A stretch of DNA of 53,553 nucleotides from Limisphaerales bacterium (GCA_044225505.1 JBGAIN010000037.1:1-53553); one strand, 5' to 3'. Shown: positions 39,244 through 48,212, counted from the stretch's first letter. Program-made: numbers and translations. Notes: a model not told the origin generated them from the letters alone.

Positions 39244-40607
39244 ACGCGACGGAATTTCAACTGATCACGGAATATCTGGACGGCAGTTTGGATGGATCGG
39301 GCGTGGCGGAGTTGAACCAGCGGTTGCGCGCGGAACCGGCCTTGATCCAGGAGATGGCCGAACTGATGATTTACGAGCTGCACCTGCGCGAATTGGGACA
39401 GCTAGAACGGCTCCGAGCGGCGGAACGTTGGACGAACCCTGCGTATTGGATGGCCTTGCTCCGATCCTGGCGCGGCCGCTGGCCCCAGTGGACGCCCCGT
39501 CCGCGCTGGGCCATCGCCAGTGCAGGTCTGATCGCGGTCCTGGCGGTGGGACTGGGCTGGTTCCTCACCGGGCCGATGGCGCCAGGGCGCCTGGCCACAA
39601 TCACGGGTCGAGTCCTGCTCCAGCGCGGCGCGAAACAATGGCGCGCGGTCGCAGGGACCGCGCTGCGCCCGGGGGATCGCATGGTTCTCGACCCAGGCGC
39701 CGTGGCCGAAGTGGCGTTCCGGAACGAATCGACCTGGCTGCGGTTCACCGACTCGGCTCAAGCCCAGTTCGATCGCTTCACTCCGGGCAAAACAATCACG
39801 GTAACGTCCGGATCCGTCGCGGCCCAGGTCGCGCCGCAGCGCGCCCCGCTGCGATTGCAAACGCCGGTCGCCGAAGCGGCGGTGCTCGGAACCGAGTTTG
39901 ACCTGGTCGCCAGCGCGGATCGGACCCGGCTGGAAGTCTGGCAGGGGGAAGTGCGCTTGACCCGGCAGGCGGATGGGCAATCCGCCGGGGTGCGAGCCGG
40001 ATCGTATGCGGTCGCCACCCGGACCGGTCCGTTCACGGCCATCCCCGCGGCCCACGGCGTCTGGCGCGAGATCTGGGCGGTCGGCCGGGAGCCCAGCGCC
40101 ACCGAGCTCTCGCAATCCTCCTGTCTGAGGCGGCCCCCGACCGGGACGATGCTTTTGCCCCGGTTCGAAGCGCCGTCCAATAGCGGCGACGGTTTCGTGG
40201 CGCGCGTGCGCGGATCGCTCCGTCCCCCGGTGACGGGACTGTACCAGTTCTGGGTGGCGGGAGACGATGCGGCCGAACTTTGGCTCAGCCCGAACGAGCG
40301 GCCGGAGGATGCGGTGAAGATTTGCGCGACGGATCGTTGGACTGGGCCATTCGCTTGGGAAGAGAGCCCGAACCAGCAGTCCCGACGGATCCGGTTGGAA
40401 GCGGGCCGGGCTTATGCCATCGAAGCGTTGCAAAGGGAAGAGGCGGGCGGCGATCACCTGGCGGTGGCCTGGCAAATCCCGGGCGGAACGCGGACGGTCA
40501 TTCCCGGGGAAGCGCTGGTCCCGCCGCGGCAGGAGGATGGGTCGTTACGACCGCGGGACACCGCGGCCGAGACGGCGGGGCCGCGCCGGACAGGAGGAGA
40601 ACCGTGA
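39240..40607 (+). CDS. FecR-domain anti-sigma factor with C-terminal PA14 domain
   Basis: LITEYLDGSL N-domain, TM, TPVAEAAVLGTEF..VWQGEV (FecR), TGLYQFWVAGDDAAELWLS...GGDHLAVAW (PA14); GTGA overlap with the sigma gene. Confidence 0.85.
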   Translation: MNATEFQLITEYLDGSLDGSGVAELNQRLRAEPALIQEMAELMIYELHLRELGQLERLRAAERWTNPAYWMALLRSWRGRWPQWTPRPRWAIASAGLIAVLAVGLGWFLTGPMAPGRLATITGRVLLQRGAKQWRAVAGTALRPGDRMVLDPGAVAEVAFRNESTWLRFTDSAQAQFDRFTPGKTITVTSGSVAAQVAPQRAPLRLQTPVAEAAVLGTEFDLVASADRTRLEVWQGEVRLTRQADGQSAGVRAGSYAVATRTGPFTAIPAAHGVWREIWAVGREPSATELSQSSCLRRPPTGTMLLPRFEAPSNSGDGFVARVRGSLRPPVTGLYQFWVAGDDAAELWLSPNERPEDAVKICATDRWTGPFAWEESPNQQSRRIRLEAGRAYAIEALQREEAGGDHLAVAWQIPGGTRTVIPGEALVPPRQEDGSLRPRDTAAETAGPRRTGGEP

Positions 40608-41854
40608 AAGCTCTTCAGGCAGGATCGCTCGGGCTCAATGCCCTGCTCGGATTGGCCTTGGCGTGGACCTGGCCCCGCGCGATCGGACGGAACGGAATGC
40701 CGGAGCGGGTGGTTGCGGGAGCCGCATCGTCCGAGTCGAGCCGGGCACCGCGCCCTGCGGCTGCGGCGACGGTGGATGCTGCGGTCCGGGCGCCGGACTG
40801 GTCGACGCTCGGGCGCGATCTGGCCGAGGGACGGTATGCCGCGGCTTTGACCGCGCTGCGCCAGGCCGGTCTGCCCGAGAACGCGATTGAAGATCTCGTG
40901 ATCGGCGCGATCAACCGGCGGTACGGTTCCCAAATCGCCGCGTTGCGCCAGGGTGCACCCAGGTTCTGGGAGCCGGTCCAACGGCGGAAACGGGACGAAG
41001 CCGAATCGGAACGGGAACGGGCCGCCGGGGCGCTGGAGGCGGAGCGGGGGAAAGTCGTGGCGGAACTGCTCGGGACGGATTTGGGAGCGTACCAAGCCCG
41101 GGTAACCGGTCAGATGTCTGCCATCGATCAATGGACGGAACTCTTTACTCCCGCCAACCGCGGCCGGGCACGCGAGATCCTGACTGCGTTCGACGCCCAA
41201 GAGCGGGCCGTGATTGACGGCGCGAGCGGCACGATTGGATTGCCGGAACGGGCGGAACTGGACCGGTTATACCGCGAGAAACTGGCAGGGCTCCGCGCGG
41301 TCCTGACCCCGGCAGAACTGGACGAGTATGAAGTGCGCACCTCGCGCACGTCTGAAGAACTGCGCCAGGTCGGGTTGATCGGGTTCAATCCGACCGAGGA
41401 AGAATTCCGCACGATCCATCGCGTGCGCAAAGCGTTTGACGAGGCCCAGGCGGCCGCGGCTGCCAGCGACCCGGCCGCGGGCGGAACGGTGCCAATGGCG
41501 CAGGCGCAAGGCGCGCTCGAAATGCAATTGCGGGAGGCTCTCGGAGAGGATCGCTTTCGAGATTATGTCCGCTGCCAGGATTACATGTTCCGCGGTTTGG
41601 TGGAGTTGACCGATCAATTTGATGTGCCGACGGAATCGGCCGTGGCGGTGCACACGTTGCGGGAGCGCGTGCTGGTCCAGACCCAGCCGTGGCTAGGAGA
41701 AACCGCCACCCCCGACTCCGCCCGCGCCGCCGCGTTGCACACCTTGCGCGCCGAGACGGAAGAGACCGTGCGCGGGTTGCTCGGCGAACGGGCTTACACC
41801 CGCTACGCGCAGTTATCGATTGGACATTGGATCGCGGAGATCGATACGCCATGA
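40604..41854 (+). CDS. Membrane-anchored all-helical periplasmic protein (possible foldase/chaperone-like)
   Basis: SLGLNALL N-anchor, LRQAGLPE, LTPAELDEYE, LGEDRFRDY repeats; GGAGGAG RBS and GTGA overlap. Confidence 0.7.
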   Translation: MKALQAGSLGLNALLGLALAWTWPRAIGRNGMPERVVAGAASSESSRAPRPAAAATVDAAVRAPDWSTLGRDLAEGRYAAALTALRQAGLPENAIEDLVIGAINRRYGSQIAALRQGAPRFWEPVQRRKRDEAESERERAAGALEAERGKVVAELLGTDLGAYQARVTGQMSAIDQWTELFTPANRGRAREILTAFDAQERAVIDGASGTIGLPERAELDRLYREKLAGLRAVLTPAELDEYEVRTSRTSEELRQVGLIGFNPTEEEFRTIHRVRKAFDEAQAAAAASDPAAGGTVPMAQAQGALEMQLREALGEDRFRDYVRCQDYMFRGLVELTDQFDVPTESAVAVHTLRERVLVQTQPWLGETATPDSARAAALHTLRAETEETVRGLLGERAYTRYAQLSIGHWIAEIDTP

Positions 41855-43062
41855 ATCTACCGACCTTTACTTTGCCAAGGAGTGGCTCAGGGGAAGCCCG
41901 CGCCGCGTCGCTCGGATCCTCGCCGGTGACGCGGTGCCTGGCCGCAGGCTGCACTTTCCCTGCCACCCGTCCTTGCAGCGGCCCGGGAGGCTGGGCTCGG
42001 TCCTGGCCCGGAGCTGGACGCACCCTCGTTTGGATCGTCTTGAGCCTCGGCTTGACCGTCGGTAACGCCCGAGCGGAAGCGGGGGCGGACGCGGCGTCCG
42101 ACCGGCGCGCGCGTTTCCAGGCGTGGCTGGAGGCCCCACCGGCACTCGAGCGATTGGTTTTTCGGGAAAAGATGCCGCCGGTGGCGAACGAGCCGATCTC
42201 CATGCAAACGGGCATCCGCAGCTCCACGAACTTTGCCACGTTTGAATTGCGCTGGCAGACCGGGGCGCTCTGGGTGCAGAGTTTGGAGACGCCCGGGGTT
42301 GGGCCCGACCGAATGCCGCCCGTGGCGTTCACCTTACTGCACGACAACTTCTGTTTCCTCGATCAGGGGACCAACGCTTTTCTTTATCATATGGAACATG
42401 AACGCGTCCGGCGCGGCCAGGTGCCGCCGGCCTACGACGCGGCGTGGTATCGGATCAGCCGGTTTGCCGAAGTGCTCAACCTGGGATTGAGCCATCTCTT
42501 CCCGGGCAGCGTCCGTTGGGATGGGGAACGATTCCAGGCGCAAGGGTTGGCGGATAAGAAGCCGCTTTACGTCCTGGGCGAGATCACGGGGTATACGAAC
42601 GGAATCCCCTGCGAACTGCGCGTCGCTTATTCCAACCAACTGAGCGTGGCGCACTATCGGCTGGCTTACGAGTACCAGGAACGGATTTCATCAACCTTCC
42701 CGAGCGCGATCCGGCTCTATTTGCAGACGCGCGGGCGGGAGATCGAATACCGCAGTTACGAAGTGTTGGAAGTGAAACTGGCGAAGGCACCGATGCCCGA
42801 GAGTTGGTTTGCTCCGAGCGCGCTGATGGATGGGACAACGATGGAGCTCCGCTATTTCACGAACGACTCGATTTATGTGCCGTTGCCCTCAGGCCGAATG
42901 TTGGAAACCCCTTCCGGGCCGGCGCCCAGGCTGGCGTTGAGCCGGGAGGATTACTTCCGCAACCGCTATTACTACCTGGCGGGCGGATGCCTGACGGCGT
43001 TCTTTGGCCTCCTGGCATTCAGGAGGCCGAACTGTGAAACCCGTAAACAAGGAGATGTATGA
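41851..43062 (+). CDS. Exported beta-rich hypothetical protein with C-terminal TM anchor
   Basis: Signal-like LVWIVLSLGLTVGNARA; C-terminal YLAGGCLTAFFGLLAFRR; ATGA overlaps at both ends. Confidence 0.7.
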   Translation: MNLPTFTLPRSGSGEARAASLGSSPVTRCLAAGCTFPATRPCSGPGGWARSWPGAGRTLVWIVLSLGLTVGNARAEAGADAASDRRARFQAWLEAPPALERLVFREKMPPVANEPISMQTGIRSSTNFATFELRWQTGALWVQSLETPGVGPDRMPPVAFTLLHDNFCFLDQGTNAFLYHMEHERVRRGQVPPAYDAAWYRISRFAEVLNLGLSHLFPGSVRWDGERFQAQGLADKKPLYVLGEITGYTNGIPCELRVAYSNQLSVAHYRLAYEYQERISSTFPSAIRLYLQTRGREIEYRSYEVLEVKLAKAPMPESWFAPSALMDGTTMELRYFTNDSIYVPLPSGRMLETPSGPAPRLALSREDYFRNRYYYLAGGCLTAFFGLLAFRRPNCETRKQGDV

Positions 43063-43418
43063 GAAAGTTCGCTTGGTTGGTTGCTGCTATCGGAGTCTCG
43101 GTGCTGAGCACGTATGGATGGGCCTGTTATGTCACCACCTATTGCACCTGTGCGGTGGTAGGTTCGTGTTACAGCCAGAAAATCATCCCAACCTGTCAGT
43201 TGCCCACCTGCCTGATTGCCGATTCGAACGCCAGTGTCTGGAGCGTTTGCCAGGGCAACGGCAGTTATGCCGGACGGGACCATGTCAGTATCGACGACAA
43301 ATGTTGTCCTTCCTCCTGCCGGATTTACGATCTGTGCAATCAACAGTACGTCTCGTTCAACGGCGCGGTCTGTTGCTTTGACGTCATGCATTACATCGGC
43401 ACGGGCAGTTGCCGTTGA
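43059..43418 (+). CDS. Secreted cysteine-rich mini-protein (14 Cys)
   Basis: AAGGAG RBS; Sec signal MRKFAWLVAAIGVSVLSTYG; 14 Cys in the ~97-aa mature part including two CC pairs. Confidence 0.8.
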   Translation: MRKFAWLVAAIGVSVLSTYGWACYVTTYCTCAVVGSCYSQKIIPTCQLPTCLIADSNASVWSVCQGNGSYAGRDHVSIDDKCCPSSCRIYDLCNQQYVSFNGAVCCFDVMHYIGTGSCR

Positions 43419-43424
43419 TTCCCG

Positions 43425-44228
43425 ATGCGTGCCGCTGGCCAAGAGGCTGGATCCCGCGGATTCAGCCTGCTCGATCTCCTCACGGTCCTCAGCGTGATCG
43501 GCTTTCTGGCTGCGCTCGCTGGCCCAGCGTTGGGCCGGTCGTCCCGCACTGCCCAAGCCAGCCGTTGCCGCGAGAACCTCCGGCAATTGGATCTGGTCCT
43601 GCGTCTTTACGTGGACGACAACGACGCTTACCCGCGCTATTCGGATTGGGCCGCGCGCGAACCCAAGTATTGGACCGACCTGCTCGCGCCGCTCCTGGCG
43701 CAATCCATCGCTGGGCAAGCCACGGCGCGGCCGAGAGCCAACTCGTTCGAGTGTCCGGCGGTCGAACGCCGCCAGGGAGCGCGGTCCTGGCAGCATGTCA
43801 CGTATGGCTATAGCGATGAAGGATACGCTTTCCAAGGGTTGGGCGAGAAATTGATCCCGATGTGGAGTTCGTGGCGCAGCGTGGCGGTCCGGGACGGGGA
43901 CGTCGCGCAACCCGCGGAGTTAATGGCTCTGGGCGATGGCATTACCCGGGTGCGCTACGGCTTTCTGCGTACGGGCGGCATTGGGTTGCGGCGCTGGCAA
44001 GTGTCCGGGACGCTGGGATTATGGGGCGACGCGTGGGCCACAGTCACCGAACTGCAAGAGGGCGATCAAATCGTGCGCCGGCTGCATGATGGCCGGCCGA
44101 ACGTTGGATTTTGTGACGGGCACGTGGAACGAGTGCCCCTGCGGATTCTGTTCGAAGAAACGAGCGACGGGGCCTTAGCGCGGTGGAATCGGGATCACCA
44201 GCCCCATCGCGAATGGTTGGTGGAATGA
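43425..44228 (+). CDS. Prepilin-type H-X9-DG pseudopilin with Asp at +5
   Basis: G|FSLLDLLTVLSVIGFLAALAGPAL, C.ENLRQ, FECP, HDGRPNVGFCDGHV. Confidence 0.85.
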   Translation: MRAAGQEAGSRGFSLLDLLTVLSVIGFLAALAGPALGRSSRTAQASRCRENLRQLDLVLRLYVDDNDAYPRYSDWAAREPKYWTDLLAPLLAQSIAGQATARPRANSFECPAVERRQGARSWQHVTYGYSDEGYAFQGLGEKLIPMWSSWRSVAVRDGDVAQPAELMALGDGITRVRYGFLRTGGIGLRRWQVSGTLGLWGDAWATVTELQEGDQIVRRLHDGRPNVGFCDGHVERVPLRILFEETSDGALARWNRDHQPHREWLVE

Positions 44229-44240
44229 CTGAGGTGCGTG

Positions 44241-44684
44241 ATGCGATTCGAGACATTCTTTCTGCGATCCGGGATGGTGATGCTGGTGGGGACGGCGGTG
44301 GCCAAGCTCTTCAGTGCGACGGGCGATGCGCCCGTACAGTTTCTGCCCGACCCATTGTTGGGCTTGGCCAATCGCCATGTGCTCATCGGCGTGGCGAGTG
44401 TGGAACTGGCGGTGGCGGCGGTGTTAGGGTCGCCCGTGGCCGCGCGGTTGAAATATCTGCTGACCGCGTGGTTGGCCGCGAACTTCCTGTTGTATCGCGT
44501 GGCGTTTTATTGGATGAACCCGGGCAAAGTCTGTCCCTGCCTGGGCAATCTGACGCAACGGCTAGGGCTGAATCCTAATCAAGTGAGTTGGGTCTTGTGG
44601 GGAGTTGTGATCTACCTGTTAGCCGGGAGCGTCTGGTCCTTACGCCGCCTCCCTTCTCCGTCCGCCTCTTCCTCTTCCTCTTAA
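44241..44684 (+). CDS. MauE/DoxX family redox-associated membrane protein
   Basis: TAVAKL, ELAVA, four hydrophobic segments, CPCLG matching the MauE CxC(F/L)G motif. Confidence 0.72.
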   Translation: MRFETFFLRSGMVMLVGTAVAKLFSATGDAPVQFLPDPLLGLANRHVLIGVASVELAVAAVLGSPVAARLKYLLTAWLAANFLLYRVAFYWMNPGKVCPCLGNLTQRLGLNPNQVSWVLWGVVIYLLAGSVWSLRRLPSPSASSSSS

Positions 44685-44842
44685 TCGTAATCTTAATCGT
44701 AATCGTAATCGCGGGTCGCTTCGCGACGACCAAGGACCAAGGACTAGGGACCAAAGACCAAGGACCTTTGGGAAAAGCTGAAAAGCTGAAAAGCTGAAAC
44801 GCTGAAACGCTGAAACGCTGAAACGCTGAAACGCTCAAACGC
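44665..44842. repeat. Stack of short tandem repeats (6, 6, 7 and 8 bp units)
   Basis: (CCTCTT)3, (TAATCG/T)5, (GACCAAG)-like x5-6, (AAAAGCTG)3 then (AAACGCTG)~5. Confidence 0.9.
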
Positions 44843-44962
44843 GGGCTCGCTGATGGTGTTGGCCAATGCGCGGAAAAGTTGTTGAGGGCAACGGCAAAAC
44901 CTATCGGAGAATTGGAATCAACTGGGTTGGCCGGAGCCGCGCGAGAGGGAGAGCGATGGAGA

Positions 44963-46681
44963 ATGGTGAAAATAGAAAACAATGCGGGGAAGCACGACGG
45001 ACATTGGTTCTGGAAGAATCCTGTGGCGCAGAGCGCGGCGCTGGTTCTGGCCATTCTGGCGGTCTATCTCCAAGCCGCGACGTTCGACTTCGTGAATCAT
45101 GATGATCCGGGGTATGTCTCGGAAAACCCGCACGTCACGTCTGGCCTGACCGTTGCTAACGTCACGTGGGCCTGGCGCACGTTGCACGGCGGCATTAGCT
45201 ATTGGCATCCGCTCACCTGGATGTCGCATCAGCTCGATTGCACAATGTTTGGACTCCGCCCGGGCGCGCATCATCTCACGAGCGTTTGGCTGCACGCGGC
45301 GAATGCGGTCCTGCTCCTGGCTCTCTTGCGCTGCTTGGGATTGGGCGTGCGCACGAGCTTTTTCACAGCCGGCTTCTTTGCCTTGCACCCGTTGCATGTG
45401 GAATCGGTCGCTTGGATCGCAGAACGGAAGGATGTCCTATACACCTTCTTCTGGCTGACAGCATTGGCCTGTTACTGGAAATTCCGGACCAGCGAACGCT
45501 GGGTGCTTTATGGCTCGGCTCTAGGCGCATTCGCGCTCGCTTGCATGTGCAAACCGACCGCGGTGACGTTGCCAATCGTTCTCATCGTGTTGGAAGTTAG
45601 CGCGGTGGTCTGGAAGCGGCCTGACGAGCTGGGCCAGGCGTGGATTCCGTTCGCGCCGTCCGGCGGCGCGTTGCGACGCTTGGGCATGCTATGTCCGTTC
45701 CTGGTCTTAGCGGCGGCTGCCACGACCTTGACCTATGCCGCCCAGGTGAATCTCGGCGCGGTGACGTCTTGGCGGACCCTTGGGTTGTCCGATCGACTCG
45801 ATAACGCAGTGCTCGCCTACGCGTTTTATATCCAAAAAACACTCTGGCCGACTGGCTTGGCCGTCAGCCAATTCCGCACGGGCCCGGCGTCGTTCGCCGC
45901 GGTGTGCGGCGCTTGGGTGTCCCTCATCGGGATTACCATGGCGACGGTGAAGGCAGGGCGGCGCGACCCTTGGATTCCGGTGGGCTGGTTCTGGTTTCTG
46001 GTGACGTTACTGCCAAACATCGGGCTGGTGCAGGCGGGGCCGCAAACCATGGCAGATCGATACAGTTACGTCCCCTTGATCGGACTATTTGTGGCGATTC
46101 TCCGGGCGGCAGCGCTGGGGGCGAGGAGCGCGCGCATCGTGGGTTACGGAGCAGCCAGCGCGTTCGCTGTGCTCACCCTGTGCGCCACGCTCGCGTTCGC
46201 CCAGACTCGAACCTGGACGAACAGCACGACGTTGTTCACGCGCGCGGCAACAGTGGCCCCGGACAATTGGATCGCCCAGATGGGGTTGGGGATGGCGCTG
46301 ACTCAGGAGCGCCAGTTCGACGCCGCGCTGCCGCATCTCCAACGGGCGCTGAGTCTGCCCGGGAACGTGGCGGAAGCGCATCGGCGGTTAGCCGTGCATT
46401 ACCAGTGGCGCGGCGACGATGCGAACGCGAAGCGGCATTGTGATCAGGCGCTAGAGTTGGATCCAGACTCAGCGGAGACTTGTTATCTGGCCGCGGCTTT
46501 GCTGGACGGCGCGCGCGATCCCGCGGTGCAAGATCGACCTCGGGCCTTGGCCCTGGTGGAACGAGGGCTCCAGTTGCGTCCGCCCGTCACCGCGGAAGGC
46601 TGGGCCATTGTGGCGCAGGTCTATCGCGGGGCGGGACGAGCGATAGAAGCGCAAAACGCGGCATTGCAAGCGGCGGATTGA
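44963..46681 (+). CDS. TMTC-like GT-C membrane glycosyltransferase with C-terminal TPRs
   Basis: FVNHDDPGYV, WHPLTWMSHQLD, LHPLHVESVAWIAERKDVL, MADRYSY; TPR helices at the C-terminus. Confidence 0.85.
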   Translation: MVKIENNAGKHDGHWFWKNPVAQSAALVLAILAVYLQAATFDFVNHDDPGYVSENPHVTSGLTVANVTWAWRTLHGGISYWHPLTWMSHQLDCTMFGLRPGAHHLTSVWLHAANAVLLLALLRCLGLGVRTSFFTAGFFALHPLHVESVAWIAERKDVLYTFFWLTALACYWKFRTSERWVLYGSALGAFALACMCKPTAVTLPIVLIVLEVSAVVWKRPDELGQAWIPFAPSGGALRRLGMLCPFLVLAAAATTLTYAAQVNLGAVTSWRTLGLSDRLDNAVLAYAFYIQKTLWPTGLAVSQFRTGPASFAAVCGAWVSLIGITMATVKAGRRDPWIPVGWFWFLVTLLPNIGLVQAGPQTMADRYSYVPLIGLFVAILRAAALGARSARIVGYGAASAFAVLTLCATLAFAQTRTWTNSTTLFTRAATVAPDNWIAQMGLGMALTQERQFDAALPHLQRALSLPGNVAEAHRRLAVHYQWRGDDANAKRHCDQALELDPDSAETCYLAAALLDGARDPAVQDRPRALALVERGLQLRPPVTAEGWAIVAQVYRGAGRAIEAQNAALQAAD

Positions 46682-47025
46682 GAGTCTCGAAGAGAGGTCC
46701 CTGGTCACCGGCCAAAGATGGATCAGGAATTGCGCTGGTGGCCCGGCAGGCTCAAGCGAGACCGACCGTTTCTTTATCGCCATTCATTGATACCAGTTCT
46801 AAAAAGGATTCATCCGCTAGGAGTCAGACTCAGCCAGTGAGTGATGGATTTACGGAAAGCGATTCCTGAAACTTGCGACGGATCCCTTGGACGCAGTCGC
46901 GCTCCTCGGTTAGGGATCGGGCGCTGTGGGTTTCGAACGATCCGCTGCAAAAGCTCTGAGAACGCCATCACTTGTAAATGCCTGATCACTGCTTGAGGCA
47001 CTCGTGGCGGATGACTTAATCAATT

Positions 47026-47571
47026 ATGAAAAGATTGTCGCAGACCGCATTCCTCATCACGTTCGTCATGCTGGCAACCGCCACGGCGACGATCGCCCAG
47101 TCGAATGCCACCCAGGAAATCGAGGAAACCATCCGCGGGTTCTATAAAGCGCTCTCCGCCCGGGATGCGCAAGGGCTGCAAAACACCGTGGACAATCGGT
47201 TTGTCATCGTCGCGGCGGGTCGCGACAACGCCAAGATCGGGGTTTTGGATGCCAACAATCCAGCGGCGGTGTTGCCGCCCGAAGGAAACAACGATTGGAA
47301 GGACGTCAGAATCTCCTCCATGACCATTCAAGTATCCGAGACGCATCCGACCGTCGCGACGGCCTCGTTTACGTTGATCCAGCCGCTTCTTGAACGTCAA
47401 ATCGTCGCGATGAAAGAGGCGCTCAAACAGATGCCCGAGGCTTTTAGCGAAGCAGAACGCGCCGGTGCGGAGAAACGAATTACAGATCGCGCCATTCAAA
47501 ACGTGGAGATGGCGATGCTGGTTCGTCGCAATGGAAAGTGGAAGATTGTCAGCATCTCCGTTCCTCATTGA
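47026..47571 (+). CDS. Secreted NTF2/SnoaL-like protein
   Basis: Signal peptide; IEETIRGFYKALSARD, ATASF, LVRRNGKWKIVS. Confidence 0.7.
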   Translation: MKRLSQTAFLITFVMLATATATIAQSNATQEIEETIRGFYKALSARDAQGLQNTVDNRFVIVAAGRDNAKIGVLDANNPAAVLPPEGNNDWKDVRISSMTIQVSETHPTVATASFTLIQPLLERQIVAMKEALKQMPEAFSEAERAGAEKRITDRAIQNVEMAMLVRRNGKWKIVSISVPH

Positions 47572-47666
47572 CGGTCCAAAGCAGCCGCGACATTCGCGGA
47601 ACAAGCCGGATGCACCCTGGGATTCTCTTTATGCAAACAGGGCGCGCTATGTCCACAGGGCGAGTT

Positions 47667-48147
47667 GGGTGCGTCTCGACAGTACCACCCTTTGATGGCG
47701 CGCGGACTTGAGTCCGCCGGACCGTCCGATGCGGCCAGCAGCGCTCGAATCCTTCGCGATCGCGGTCGTGCCTGCGGACATTCCTGCGGGATAAATCCTA
47801 ATGCCATTCGGTAATTGCCTCCTGGCGCCCCGGATGGGGCAACTCGAGAATAGCTCGGCGTTTTAACGCCGAGGTCGAATGGGCGCGATTCCAAGTCCCG
47901 ACGGGACGGCCGAGGACGTGGCATTGTACGGAAGAACCGGAGATTAAGCGGATCACAAGGTCGTAGAACCCAAACGCCCTTTCTCGCCGCACTCAGCCGC
48001 CCCTCCGGGGCTTGGGCCCTCTCACGTGAGCACCCGGCGCTAAAGCGACCGGGCTTCTCTCATTCTGTCCCTTCCGGGACTGAATAGAATTACCGAATGG
48101 CATTAGGATAAATCCCGCGATCGTGGCGGGACTGTCAAGAAACGCCC
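47667..48147 (-). mobile_element. Outer miniature element copy 2 (reverse orientation, no target duplication seen)
   Basis: GGGTGCGTCTCGACAG...CTGTCAAGAAACGCCC; arms are the reverse complement of those of 31776-32256. Confidence 0.8.
47799..48105 (+). mobile_element. Inner 307-bp MITE copy 2 with 10-bp target duplication
   Basis: Same 18-bp TIRs; GGATAAATCC at 47789-47798 and 48106-48115. Confidence 0.88.
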
Positions 48148-48212
48148 GTGATAAAATTCATCTGTTACTTTGCACTTTCCTTTCTGCTCTGATACATGAC
48201 GAGCCCGGTTCC

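Noticed and set aside
43059..44684. Methylamine dehydrogenase (mau) cluster or bufferin locus
   Set aside because: No MauB, MauD or MauG and no MNIO/DUF692 gene; the Cys-rich protein has a Sec rather than Tat signal and no recognisable MauA motifs
44665..44842. CRISPR array
   Set aside because: Units are 6-8 bp with no spacers, and there are no cas genes
31818..48105. 16-kb composite transposon bounded by the two inner MITEs
   Set aside because: Inner copy 2 and outer copy 1 each have their own target duplication, and no shared duplication flanks the whole span
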